Assembly (NCBI GenBank): GCA_963796685.1
Contig: CAWCMR010000015.1
Location: 320,001-384,000, forward strand
Reading direction: 5' to 3'
From: an uncultured delta proteobacterium
GTDB lineage: Bacteria; Myxococcota_A; Polyangia; Fen-1088
Length of the DNA: 64,000 bases
The stretch's first letter is position 1. Each line of letters starts with the position of its first letter. The notes under the pieces are model-generated. The model was not told where the DNA came from, made no database searches, and worked only from the letters and a program-made list of their open reading frames with translations. This document shows positions 54,216 through 64,000 of this stretch, piece by piece. Made by a program: the position numbers and the translations under genes.

Positions 54216-55016
54216 ATGGCGAGGCAATCGCTCCGACGGAGACCTTTCTTCCCAGAGCGGGGCGAGGGGCCGTTGATTTTTGCCCACCGGGGCGCCAGCG
54301 TTCACGAGACCGAGAACACCCTGGCCGCCTTTCGGCGCGCCATGGCCGACGGCGCGGACGGCATCGAGCTCGACGTTCAGCGCTGCCATGGCGGCGAGGT
54401 CGTGGTGTTCCACGACGATGACTTGACGAGACTGGTAGGAAGACCCGAGCGCATCGAACAGCTCTCTCTCGCCGCACTCCGTGATGCGCGACTCTTGTCC
54501 GGCGGCCAGATACCAACCCTGGCCGAGGCGCTCGAAGCGTGCGGGGCCACGGCCTTGGTCAACATCGAGATCAAACACACGGGACTCTTGCCCGGGGGTT
54601 GCCGAGCCTTGGTAGACGCGGTGGCCGAGGTCGTGGACCGGGCCGATGCCGGTTGGCGGGTGATCGTGTCGTCGTTCAGTCCGGGCGCGATCTGGCGGTG
54701 GCGAAGGATTCGGCCCGAGGTAGCCTGCGGCCTGCTCTTCGAGCGACCGCGGCCGTTTCATCGCCCCTGGCCCCTGCGCGCCGATGTCTTGCTGCCGATT
54801 CTCCGGCCGCTGGCGGTTCATCCCGAGCACGTCCTTTGTACGCGCGACAGCGTGGCGCGCTGGCTGCGTCTCGGGTTTGCGGTGAACGCGTGGACGGTGG
54901 ACGATCCGGTCCGTATCGCGGCCCTGACGGCCATGGGTGTGTGCGGCATCGTCACCAATGACCCCGCCAAGGCACGATCCGGGTTGCCCTTGACCCGGCG
55001 ATCCGAGGGTGGCTAA
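54216..55016 (+). CDS. glycerophosphodiester phosphodiesterase
   Basis: AHRGAS..ENTL, IELDV, VFHD, NIEIK, WTVD, GIVTN.P. Confidence 0.92.
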   Translation: MARQSLRRRPFFPERGEGPLIFAHRGASVHETENTLAAFRRAMADGADGIELDVQRCHGGEVVVFHDDDLTRLVGRPERIEQLSLAALRDARLLSGGQIPTLAEALEACGATALVNIEIKHTGLLPGGCRALVDAVAEVVDRADAGWRVIVSSFSPGAIWRWRRIRPEVACGLLFERPRPFHRPWPLRADVLLPILRPLAVHPEHVLCTRDSVARWLRLGFAVNAWTVDDPVRIAALTAMGVCGIVTNDPAKARSGLPLTRRSEGG

Positions 55017-55028
55017 CATTCAGTCACC

Positions 55029-56326
55029 ATGCGAGCACTGGTTCTGGTTGGGTTGCTGACATTCGCGCTTTCGGCGTGCGAAAGCGTCACCTCCGAGCGG
55101 ATCCAGGAATGGAAGGGCACCCAGAAAGGGCCGGACAAGATCGAGGCGGCGTTGCGCGGCGGAAACGTGCCGGCCAACCTGCGCGCCGAGGCTGCGGCGG
55201 CAATGGTCGACATCGGGCGGGCCGAGAAGGTCGACGAGATCATGGCCTCGCTGGAGGCTGGTGAGCGTTGGGAGATCCTGAAGACCCTGGTGGAGCTCTA
55301 CATCAAGGGCATGCAAAGCCCGAACCTGCCCAAGGCGCGCGACGCGCGGGACGCCCTCTTCAGTGTGCGCCAGTACGCGCCGCCCGAAGAACAAAAGGAG
55401 ATCGACGGCGCTCTCATGGCGTCCATCGAAAAGGATCTCGTCGGAGGGCCGATTCACCGGCGGGCGGCACTCGTTGGACAAGATGCTGTCGGCCATCGGC
55501 CCGGCTGCGGGTCCCATGCTGGTCAAGCTGCTCGGCGATCCCAAGTCGCCCTACGAGGGGTTGGCCGAGTTGTTGGTGAAGGTGGGGGACGAAGCGGCGC
55601 GCGACAAGGGAGGCGCCGCCTTGCTTGGCCGGATTCTCGCCTGGCAAGGACGTCCCCATCGATATGTGGTTGGCCCTCGGCCAGCTCGGCGGTCCCACGG
55701 TCACGGCTTACCTGGCGGGCAAGATGCAAAAGGGCAGCCCCGACGAGGCCGTCATGGCCGCCAGGGCCTTGCAGCAGGCTCGTTTCCCGACGGTGTTGCC
55801 CCTGGCGCTCAAGATCGCCGGCGACGCCAAGGCCAACAAGGAGCTGCGCGACGAAGCCTTCGGCGTGGTCGAGAAGACCGGCGGTCCCGAGGCAGAACAG
55901 GGGCTCTTGCGCATCATCGCCGAGGACAAGAACGACCTGGTTCGCTACCGCGCCCACGAGGCGGCCCTGGAGGTCGGGAAGGCCGGCGCGATTGTTCCGG
56001 CCCTGCAGGCATTCCCGGCCAAGGTGTCCTTCAAACGGGAGGACGTGGTGGATTTCCTGGTCAAGGACATCACCAAGCTGGGTGCCAAGGCCAAACCGCA
56101 AGTCCTGGCAGCCCTGGCGTCGCCCTCGCCGCTGGCCCGCATGACGGCGATTTTGGCCTTGGAGGCGCCCCTTCCGTCCAATCCCAAGGGGCACCTGGGG
56201 GGACCCGAGGACGCCGCCGCGGTGCTGAAACTTGCGGACGACAAGGCAACGATCAAAGGATTCCCCTCAGGTGGGTCGGTTGGCGCGGAAGCCAAACGGG
56301 TCGCTTCACTGTTGCAAGGCAAGTAG
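55029..56326 (+). CDS. HEAT-repeat lipoprotein (frameshifts near 55447 and 55635)
   Basis: Lipobox LSAC; HEAT-like helical repeats across three overlapping ORFs. Confidence 0.7.
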
Positions 56327-56368
56327 ACTAAGATTCGGAGAGAGAAGTCAGGAGAGCAAGGATCGACT

Positions 56369-56983
56369 ATGTCCACGGATCCGAATCGCAAAACCCTCCG
56401 TCATTTCTACTGCGCCGATGGCGTCTGGCAGATCTTCGAGCAGATGTCCGAGAGCATGGATCGCGGGCTCGACGAGCTCGTCAACGAGGCGATGCGGGCC
56501 TACGCCGAGCAAAACGGGTACCTGGCGGGTCCGGATACCGACGCGCAGCCGTCCGGGCTCTACGTCCCGGATCCGTCACGGCAGCCGACCATGCCGCCGC
56601 CCTTGCCCGCGGCCCGCATGACCGCGCACTTCGCCGGTCGGCCACCCTTGCCGCCCGCGGCGCCCGTGGTCATGCCGCCGCCCACCTCCGAGGGGGGGGC
56701 TATGCCACCGCTCTTTCTCGTTTTCGGCAACCAGAAGTACATCGTCGACAAAGACCAATTCATCATCGGTCGCGGGGCCAAGTCTTCCGACCTGCCTATC
56801 CGCGACGGGAACATCTCGCGTAAGCACGCCGCCGTGATCAGACGCGGGGGCTCGTACTACATCAAGGATCTGGGGTCGACGAACGGCATCGACTTCAACG
56901 GCGAGCGCATCGAGGCGCGAAAGATCGAAGAGGGCGACGTCTACTCGATCTGCGACTACCAGCTCAAGTTCACGTATAGATAG
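56369..56983 (+). CDS. FHA domain protein with N-terminal ribbon-helix-helix-like segment
   Basis: IIGR..ISRKH..DLGSTNG; N-terminal DELVNEAMRAYA; Pro-rich linker. Confidence 0.88.
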   Translation: MSTDPNRKTLRHFYCADGVWQIFEQMSESMDRGLDELVNEAMRAYAEQNGYLAGPDTDAQPSGLYVPDPSRQPTMPPPLPAARMTAHFAGRPPLPPAAPVVMPPPTSEGGAMPPLFLVFGNQKYIVDKDQFIIGRGAKSSDLPIRDGNISRKHAAVIRRGGSYYIKDLGSTNGIDFNGERIEARKIEEGDVYSICDYQLKFTYR

Positions 56984-56985
56984 CC

Positions 56986-59146
56986 ATGGCCGAAGTCCGC
57001 GCGGTGTCGCTCGACGATCCGCTGGAGGACTTGTCCGGCGCCGGTCCAGTGACCGCAGGGCGCATGGCTGCATGCGGGCTCTTGCGCGTTCGCGATCTGT
57101 TCGGCTTCTTTCCCAGGGCCTACGAGGACTACCGCCGGGTGTATTCCCTCGCCGAGCTGGGCGAGCTTGCACCGGGAACTTCGGTGGTGGTGCGTGGAAA
57201 GGTCGTTCGTGTCCACACGTTCTTCCGCCGCATGCTCGATGTTCATATCGAAGAGGGCGGCACCAGTCTGCGCGCGCGCTGGTTCAGGCCGAATGCCGGC
57301 ATGGTCAAGACCTTCGCAAAGGGGGCGAAGGTGGCCTTGGCCGGCACGTTGCGGCGGACCGAGACCGGCGAAGCCGAGCTGATCCATCCCAGCAACGTGA
57401 CCTCACTGTTGGCCGTGTCGGCCAGCGCCGGCATCCGGCCGCGCTATCCACAGATCGCGAGGGTTCCTGGCCGCACCGTCGAGAAGATCGTTGCGGCAGC
57501 CCTGGTCGCGGCGGGTTCTCGAGTGCCGGACCTGCTGCCTGAAGCCACCCGCCTGCGCCTGGGCCTGCCCGACGTGGCCCATGCCCTGGCTTTCGTGCAC
57601 CGGCCGCCCGACACGACTTCCGACGCCGAGCTGGCGGAGCTGCCTGGCGGGCACATCGCCGGCGCAGCGCAGGTTCGCGCTGGAGGAGCTGCTCGTCCTG
57701 CAAGTCGGTCTGGCGCTCGAGCAATCGCGCGTGAAGAAGCAGTGTGCGCCCGTTTGCCCGGTTGACCACGGGCGGATGCTCGCGGAGATTCGCACGGCGT
57801 TGCCCTTCACGCTCACGGAAGCGCAGGCGCGCGCGATCGGCGCCATCTTCGCGTCCATGGCGGCCCCCACGCCCATGCAGTGCCTTCTGCAGGGCGACGT
57901 GGGCAGCGGCAAGACCGCGGTGGCGTTCGCGGCCTGTGTTCGAGCCGCGCGGGCAGGGGGCCAGGCGCTGTTCATGGCCCCGACCGCCGTGCTGGCCGAA
58001 CAGCACCATCGGACCTTGAGCGCCTGGGGTGCGCGCGTCGGACTGCGAACGGGACTCCTGCATTCTGGCCTCGATGCGTCTGAAAAAAGGCGCGTTCTTG
58101 CGTCCGCGGCCTCGGGTGGCGTGGACATGGTCGTGGGAACCCACGCCCTGCTCGACGATCGTCTGCGCCTGTCGCGCCTGGCGCTGGCAGTCGTGGACGA
58201 ACAGCACCGCTTCGGCGTCCGCCAGCGCGCACGTCTGCGCCGCGCGGACGGCGGAGAAAACGACTGGCAAATCCGCGCGCAAGACGGCATGGTCCCGCAC
58301 CTGCTCGTGCTCTCCGCCACGCCCATTCCACGCTCCTTGGCCCTGACCCTCTACGGCGACCTCGACCTCGTCACGCTCGATGCATCGCCACCGGGGCGGA
58401 AGTCGATTCTTTCCCAGGTGTGCGTGGGGGAAGACGCCCGCGCCCTGGCCTACGCGGCAGTGAAGCATGTCGTGGCCGAAGGAGGGCAGGGGCTCGTGGT
58501 GTGTCCCGCCATCGCCGAAGGCGACGCCGGCGGACGCGCGCCGAGATCGGCGGTGGCACTGGCGCGAACCCTGCGCGCGGAGCTTCATCCCGCGCGCGTC
58601 GGCGTGCTGCACGGTCAGCTCACGGCGGACCGCCAGCGCAGGGCCATCGACGCTATTCGCGAGGGCGGGCTCGACGTCCTCGTGTCGACGACCGTGGTCG
58701 AGGTCGGCGTGGACCTGCCGCGCGCCCGTATCATGGTCGTCGAGGACGCGGAGCGATTCGGGCTGGCCCAACTCCACCAGCTTCGCGGCCGGGTCGGGCG
58801 AGGCGCGGAGCAAGCGCAGTGCTACTTCTTGACCGCGTCGGGCGATTCCGAGGCCCTGGACCGGTTGCGCGTCGTGGCCTCGACCCAGAACGGTTTCCGA
58901 ATCGCCGAAGAGGATCTTCGACGTCGCGGCGTGGGCGACCTGCAGGGCACGCGACAGAGCGGAACGCCCGAGTTGCGCTTCGCGGATCTTGGCGCTTACA
59001 TCGGACTGGTCGAGCTTGCGCACAAGGAAGCGGCGGCGGTGCTGAACGAGGATCCCGACCTCGCGCACGCGGAGCACGCGGCTCTCCGCCGCGCGGTGAA
59101 TGAGCGTTTCGAGGGATCGCGTCCTGTGGGCGAGGTGGCCGGCTAG
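56986..59146 (+). CDS. recG: ATP-dependent DNA helicase RecG (frameshift near 57640)
   Basis: PR.YED, QGDVGSGKT, DEQHRFGV.QR, SATPIPR, QLHQLRGRVGRG, QSG. Confidence 0.95.
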
Positions 59147-59148
59147 CC

Positions 59149-61863
59149 ATGGGCAACGCGCGCCGGGCGATCTTCGCCGGGTTCTGGGGTGGCCTTTTGG
59201 CGGGCCTGCTCGACGCGCTCGCCACGCTCCGTGCCTCGCCGGACATGCTCGACCTGGCCAACCCATTCCACGTTCTTGTCATCGACGGCGGGATGGGGGC
59301 GCTCGCCGGCGCGTTGTTGGCGGTGGTCTTCGTGGGATGGACGCTGGCCTTTCAGCGCGAGCCCGCCCGCTCGCGTTGGCTGTCCGCCGCGCACGCGGTA
59401 ACCCTGGTCCTGGCCTTGCCGGTCGTGGTGTACGACGCCTTTGCGCTGTTCGGCGGAACCCAGGCCGCGCGCGTGCCCGGGCACCGGTTCTTGTCGGTCA
59501 TCTTGATTCTCGTCGGTGCCGCCACGATTTGGGTGGCCGTCACCCTCTGGGGCCGGCTGCTCGCCCGCGCCGAACCAACGGACGGTCCTGGCCACCTGCC
59601 GGGCCGGAGCAAGGTTCTGATCCTCTCCTGCGGGCTCGCGCTGGTGGCCGGTGCGCTGCTCGCTGGCTGGGCGAATCGCCACGTGTTGCCGCGCCTTTAC
59701 CCCTGGTTTCACCTGTCGCTGACCCTCTTTGCGCTCCTTGCCTGCATCCTCGCGGTTCGCTTGTTGCTGGGGCTCGGGCGTCGGCTTCTCGGCAAGCGCT
59801 CGACATGGCTACTCGCCGCCATCGCCGCGGTGGTCCTCGTAGCCGGGGCATTCGTCGAGCGCCCAATCCTTTCGCGCAGCCAAGGCCTGCGCTACTTCAT
59901 CTATGAAAAGACCCAGCTAGCCAGCCTCTTCGCGCGGCTGCTGCCCACACCCAAGCATCGCCCGGGACACGCGAGCACGGTCGCGGCTGGCGAGGGACTG
60001 CCGCCGCTGACCGGCGGTCCGCACCGCCCCGGCGCGGACATCGTGCTCATCACCATCGATGCCCTGCGGGCCGACCACCTTGGCTGCTACGGCTATGCGC
60101 GCGCCACCACGCCGAACATCGACGCCTTGGCCGCGCGCGGGGTGCGCTTCGAGCACGCCTACACCCAGGCGCCGCATACGTCCTTCTCCCTGGCCTCGGT
60201 GATGATTGGCAAATACTACCCGACGCTGGCCCGCCTGGCTTCGTCGGAGAAGCACGAAACCATGGCTTCCATCTTTCGTCGCTACGGTTGGAAGACGGCG
60301 GCCTTCTTTCCCCCCGCGGTGTTCTACATCGATGCCAACAAGATGGAGGCGTTCGAGGCGAGCCACTTCGATTTCGAGTACGTCAAGTACGAGTACCTGA
60401 GCGCCGAGGGTCGCCTCGGGCAAATCGAGGACTTCCTGCGCGCCGAGCACCCGGACAAGCTCTTTTTGTGGTTGCACCTCTTCGAGCCGCACGAGCCCTA
60501 TGAAAAGCACGCCGGCTTCGACTTCGGCGACGCCGACATCGATCGCTACGACAGCGAGATCGCCTACGCCGATTCGGTGGTGGGCAAGGTGGTGGCCTCG
60601 ATCGAGCGGCGGCGTCCGGGTGCCGTCATCATTCTTGCCGCGGATCACGGCGAGGAATTCGGCGAGCACGGCGGGCGCTACCATGGAACGACGCTGTTCG
60701 AGGAACAGGTGCACGTGCCGTTGATCATGGTCGTGCCCGGCCTTTCACCCCATGTGGTGTCGGGGCCAACCCAGCTCATCGACATCCCCGCGACCATCTT
60801 CGGATTGCTCGATTTTCCGCTGCCCGCACGCATGCGTGGCACCAATCTCGGTCCTTGGCTCGCGACGCCGCCTGCGCCGGAGAGTCGTTTGCCGCCGGCT
60901 TTCGCCGAGGTGGAGGACAAGCGCATGGTCGTGGCCGGCTCCGAAAAGCTCATCTGCAACGTCAGCAAGGACTATTGCTCGTACTTCGACCTGCGCGGCG
61001 ATCCGCGCGAGCAGCGCGACTTGGCCGACCGTCGCCCGGATCGCGTGGCCTTTTTGCGCCTGCAACTCGATCGGTGGCTGGGTGAACAGGCGCGCTACGA
61101 GACGAATCTCTTGGGCGCGGCAGGTGGCACCAGCCAGTTGGCGCGCGCCATCGAGCGCGGCCGCCTTGGTGAAGCCAGCGCCGCCCAAGCCCTGTCCGAG
61201 TCGTTGGTGGGAAACGGCCCCGTGGGAGCACGGCGGGAAGCCGCCAGTCTCCTCGTGACCACCTTGCCGGCAAGGCCGGAGACACTCGCAGCCCTGCGCG
61301 CGGCCGCGGACAAGTCCGACGACGAACGGGTGCGCGACTGGGCCGCGGTGGCGGCCTTGCGCCTGGGGGCAAGCGAGATGCGGGACCGCTTGCGCGCGCT
61401 CGTGGCGACGCCGGCGACCGAGGCAACGGGTCCTCTACACATTCACGCCGCCTTGGCCCTGGCCGAGAAGTCGGACAGAACGGGAACGCCTGTGCTAGAC
61501 GACGCGCTCGATTCCTGCGGCGGCGACGTGCTCCTGTGCAGGCGTGTCCTCTTGGCGTTGGGCGCGCTCAAGGATGCGCGGGCCGTGGCGGCCCTGATCG
61601 CGCATCTGGGCTTCGTGCAGACCCGCCGCGAGACCGTGGAAGCGCTGGGGGCCATCGCGGATCCTGCGAGCGTTCCCGCGCTCATCGGCTGCCTCGAAGA
61701 CGACGCGTACGTGCCCGTGCGTGTGGCCGCGGCCACCGCCCTGGGCCGCCTTGGCGGCGTGCGCGCCATGCAGGCCTTGCAGTCCGCGATGGTGCACGAA
61801 CGCGAGGAAGCCGTGCGATCGGCGGTGCGCAGGGCACTGGCGGCCCACGGGCGGGGCCAATAG
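59149..61863 (+). CDS. membrane-anchored sulfatase-like (alkaline phosphatase superfamily) protein with C-terminal HEAT repeats
   Basis: N-terminal TMs, ITIDALRADH, EPHEPY, ADHGE, HG.TLFEE, HEAT repeats. Confidence 0.85.
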   Translation: MGNARRAIFAGFWGGLLAGLLDALATLRASPDMLDLANPFHVLVIDGGMGALAGALLAVVFVGWTLAFQREPARSRWLSAAHAVTLVLALPVVVYDAFALFGGTQAARVPGHRFLSVILILVGAATIWVAVTLWGRLLARAEPTDGPGHLPGRSKVLILSCGLALVAGALLAGWANRHVLPRLYPWFHLSLTLFALLACILAVRLLLGLGRRLLGKRSTWLLAAIAAVVLVAGAFVERPILSRSQGLRYFIYEKTQLASLFARLLPTPKHRPGHASTVAAGEGLPPLTGGPHRPGADIVLITIDALRADHLGCYGYARATTPNIDALAARGVRFEHAYTQAPHTSFSLASVMIGKYYPTLARLASSEKHETMASIFRRYGWKTAAFFPPAVFYIDANKMEAFEASHFDFEYVKYEYLSAEGRLGQIEDFLRAEHPDKLFLWLHLFEPHEPYEKHAGFDFGDADIDRYDSEIAYADSVVGKVVASIERRRPGAVIILAADHGEEFGEHGGRYHGTTLFEEQVHVPLIMVVPGLSPHVVSGPTQLIDIPATIFGLLDFPLPARMRGTNLGPWLATPPAPESRLPPAFAEVEDKRMVVAGSEKLICNVSKDYCSYFDLRGDPREQRDLADRRPDRVAFLRLQLDRWLGEQARYETNLLGAAGGTSQLARAIERGRLGEASAAQALSESLVGNGPVGARREAASLLVTTLPARPETLAALRAAADKSDDERVRDWAAVAALRLGASEMRDRLRALVATPATEATGPLHIHAALALAEKSDRTGTPVLDDALDSCGGDVLLCRRVLLALGALKDARAVAALIAHLGFVQTRRETVEALGAIADPASVPALIGCLEDDAYVPVRVAAATALGRLGGVRAMQALQSAMVHEREEAVRSAVRRALAAHGRGQ

Positions 61864-61941
61864 CCTCTTGGCGATATTTTCGTGCGAGGCCTAACCTCCG
61901 GCCTGGGTTGGGGTAAGATGGCCGGAATTTTCCTTGGGAGG

Positions 61942-63355
61942 ATGATGACGATGCACGGTCCTGTTTCTCGCCGTATCCGTTCGAGCGTACTTGTTTCGGT
62001 GACCTTGGGAGCAGGGTTGTGCGTCGGCACCGCCCGCGCCGGGACCTGGCAGCCGGTGGGGGTGGGCGATTGCCCGGGAAGGGACGTGGCGGGCTCGCGC
62101 GGACCTCTACCCGAGGCGGGCAAGTGCGATGCCAGCTTCGCCGGGTACACGGCGGTGTGCTGGGCGGGCGGGTGCACCTACAAGAACGTGGCGACGGGTT
62201 CGTGCACGGGTGGCTCGAATCCGGGTCAGATGTACACCTGCGCAGCGACGGCCCCCACGCATTCGGCCGGCGGATGGCAGTCGGTGGGGCTTGGGGATTG
62301 CCCGGGCCGCGACGTTGCCGGCACCACGGGGCCGAACCCGGATCCCTCGAAATGCAACGCAAGGTTTGCGGGCAACACGGCGGTGTGCTGGACGACCGGC
62401 TGCACGTACAAGAACGTGGCGACGGGATCATGCACGGGCGGTGCGAATCCCGGCCAGATGTACACCTGTGCTGCCCAGCCGGTGACGACACCCGAGCCCG
62501 CGCCGACAGAGGGCACCTGGCAGTCCGTCGGGCTCGGCGACTGTCCGGGCCGCGACGTGGCGGGCAGCAGCGGCCCGAGCCCGGATCCGTCGAAGTGCAG
62601 CGCGAGCTTTGCGGGCAACACGGCGGTGTGTTGGACGACCGGATGCACGTACAAGAATGTGGCGACCGGCTCGTGCACGGGCGGGCCCAACCCCGGCCAG
62701 ATGTACACCTGTGCAGCGGTCCCGGCCCCCGTTCCCTCCTCCGCCACGGTGCCAACGCCGCCCCCGACCGGTCGCAACCACCGGCCGACCCCGGGAGTGC
62801 CGCCAACCAGTGCTTGGCAATCGGTGGGTATCGGAGACTGCCCGGGCCGGGACGTGGCGGGCAGCGCGGGGCCTACACCCGATCCCTCGAAGTGCGACAG
62901 CAATTTCGCCAGCGATACGGCGGTGTGCTGGGCCAGCGGGTGTACGTACAAGAGCGTCGCGACAGACTGCCTGTACGGGCGGCGCGAATCCCGGCCAGAT
63001 GTACACGTGTGCTTCGAAGGCCGCGCCACCGCCTCCCCCGGCGCTACCCAAGGTGCAGGGCAAGCGCTACTCCGTGGTCAACTACACCGGCGAAACCAAG
63101 AATCCCCACACCTTCGTCGTGGACTGGAAGTCGTGCAAGGTCGCCGAGCTGAACAAGGAATTCGAGAGCGGGACCGAGGACATCAGCGTCCTGGTCTGCC
63201 GGCCGGGAAGCCGCTTGGTCATCAAGACCGATGACCACGCGACTGGCTATTGGATCCAATACGACTGGATCATGCTCGACGGCGGGGCCACGATGGCTGG
63301 CGCGTATCGCGATCCAACGACTTGCGGACCTTCGGCCGGCAAGCGGGCAAGGTAG
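61942..63355 (+). CDS. secreted protein with four 65-aa Cys-rich repeats (frameshift near 62968)
   Basis: Signal peptide ending ARA; repeats start at 62047, 62275, 62518 and 62815; C-terminal domain in a second frame. Confidence 0.8.
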
Positions 63356-63379
63356 CTGCGCGCCCGAGCGAGCGCGTGA

Positions 63380-63892
63380 TCAGCCGGTCGGCACACTCCG
63401 CCGGGAGCTGTTCGCGCGTTCCTTGCCAAGCACCCACAGCATGTAGCCGACGATCCCCAGGTTCACCAGCAGCGACCCGACTCGCAGCGCGGTGACCTTC
63501 TTGAAGAGCTCGGCCACCTCGAAGGGGACGTAGATTGCACCGCTGACGGCCGCGAGCCACTCGGCCCAGAGCTTGCCTCGCCAAAGGCCGTAGGCCTCGG
63601 CGAAGCGCAACGCCGAGTAGGCCACCAATCCGAAGGCCAGCGCCCAAAGCCAGCCGTCCGTGACCTTGGTCGTGAGCTCGAGAAAAATGCGCGGATAGTG
63701 GGCGGAGGGGCTGAGGTGAAGGTGTCGGACCAATGCCTCGCCGGCCGCCTGCACATCGCGGTGAATGAGCCTGAGCAGCCCCAAGCCGGCGAGTAGAACG
63801 AGCGCTCCCTTGGCGGCCTCGTAGCCGGCGATGGTGCGCAGCCCTGCCGCGGCCTTGCGCCCTGTCTTCCTGGACCTGGACGGAGAATTCAC
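63380..63892 (-). CDS. DUF2127 family membrane protein
   Basis: GLRTIA.YEA.KG, EAYGLW..K.WAEW, YVPFE. Confidence 0.85.
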   Translation of the reverse strand: MNSPSRSRKTGRKAAAGLRTIAGYEAAKGALVLLAGLGLLRLIHRDVQAAGEALVRHLHLSPSAHYPRIFLELTTKVTDGWLWALAFGLVAYSALRFAEAYGLWRGKLWAEWLAAVSGAIYVPFEVAELFKKVTALRVGSLLVNLGIVGYMLWVLGKERANSSRRSVPTG

Positions 63893-64000
63893 CTACCCAG
63901 CCTACAGGACAGGTTCGGCGCGGCAATGGCTCATGGCACGCGAGTTTCGTCGCGCAGCCAGGCCAAGTAGGGGGCACTGCCTTCGACCAGGGGCAAGGCG

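Noticed and set aside
57305-59266. Long antisense ORFs such as this 653-aa one, and many similar in the track
   Set aside because: Expected in high-GC DNA opposite real genes; Arg/Pro/Gly-rich with no motifs

Overview
High-GC bacterial chromosome segment. Gene content (CarD/CdnL, sigma54-type pilin promoter, spore-coat-U chaperone-usher pili, FHA/TPR/HEAT/DUF4388 proteins) suggests Myxococcota or a related deltaproteobacterium; this is an inference. It holds about 45 genes: a MarR-efflux-ABC operon, pyk, ligA, nadB, pgsA, a pabB/trpE-like gene, cysQ, recG, two type IV pilins, a 10-kb signalling cluster, a Csu-type pilus operon and tRNA-Cys. About 11 small frameshifts, including one in ligA, look like assembly errors. 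The main finding is a nested repeat and mobile-element system. A palindromic 79/81-bp module sits as six in-frame copies inside the 5' end of a histidine kinase gene, and also forms a 251/263-bp intergenic tandem array. In that array its hairpin loop carries a 130-bp CAG-bounded element that also occurs alone beside the pilus operon. One array copy of the 130-bp element is interrupted, at a CT core, by a complete IS621-like IS110 element. Its circle-junction promoter and bridge-RNA target and donor guides can be read directly from the sequence and match the repeat.
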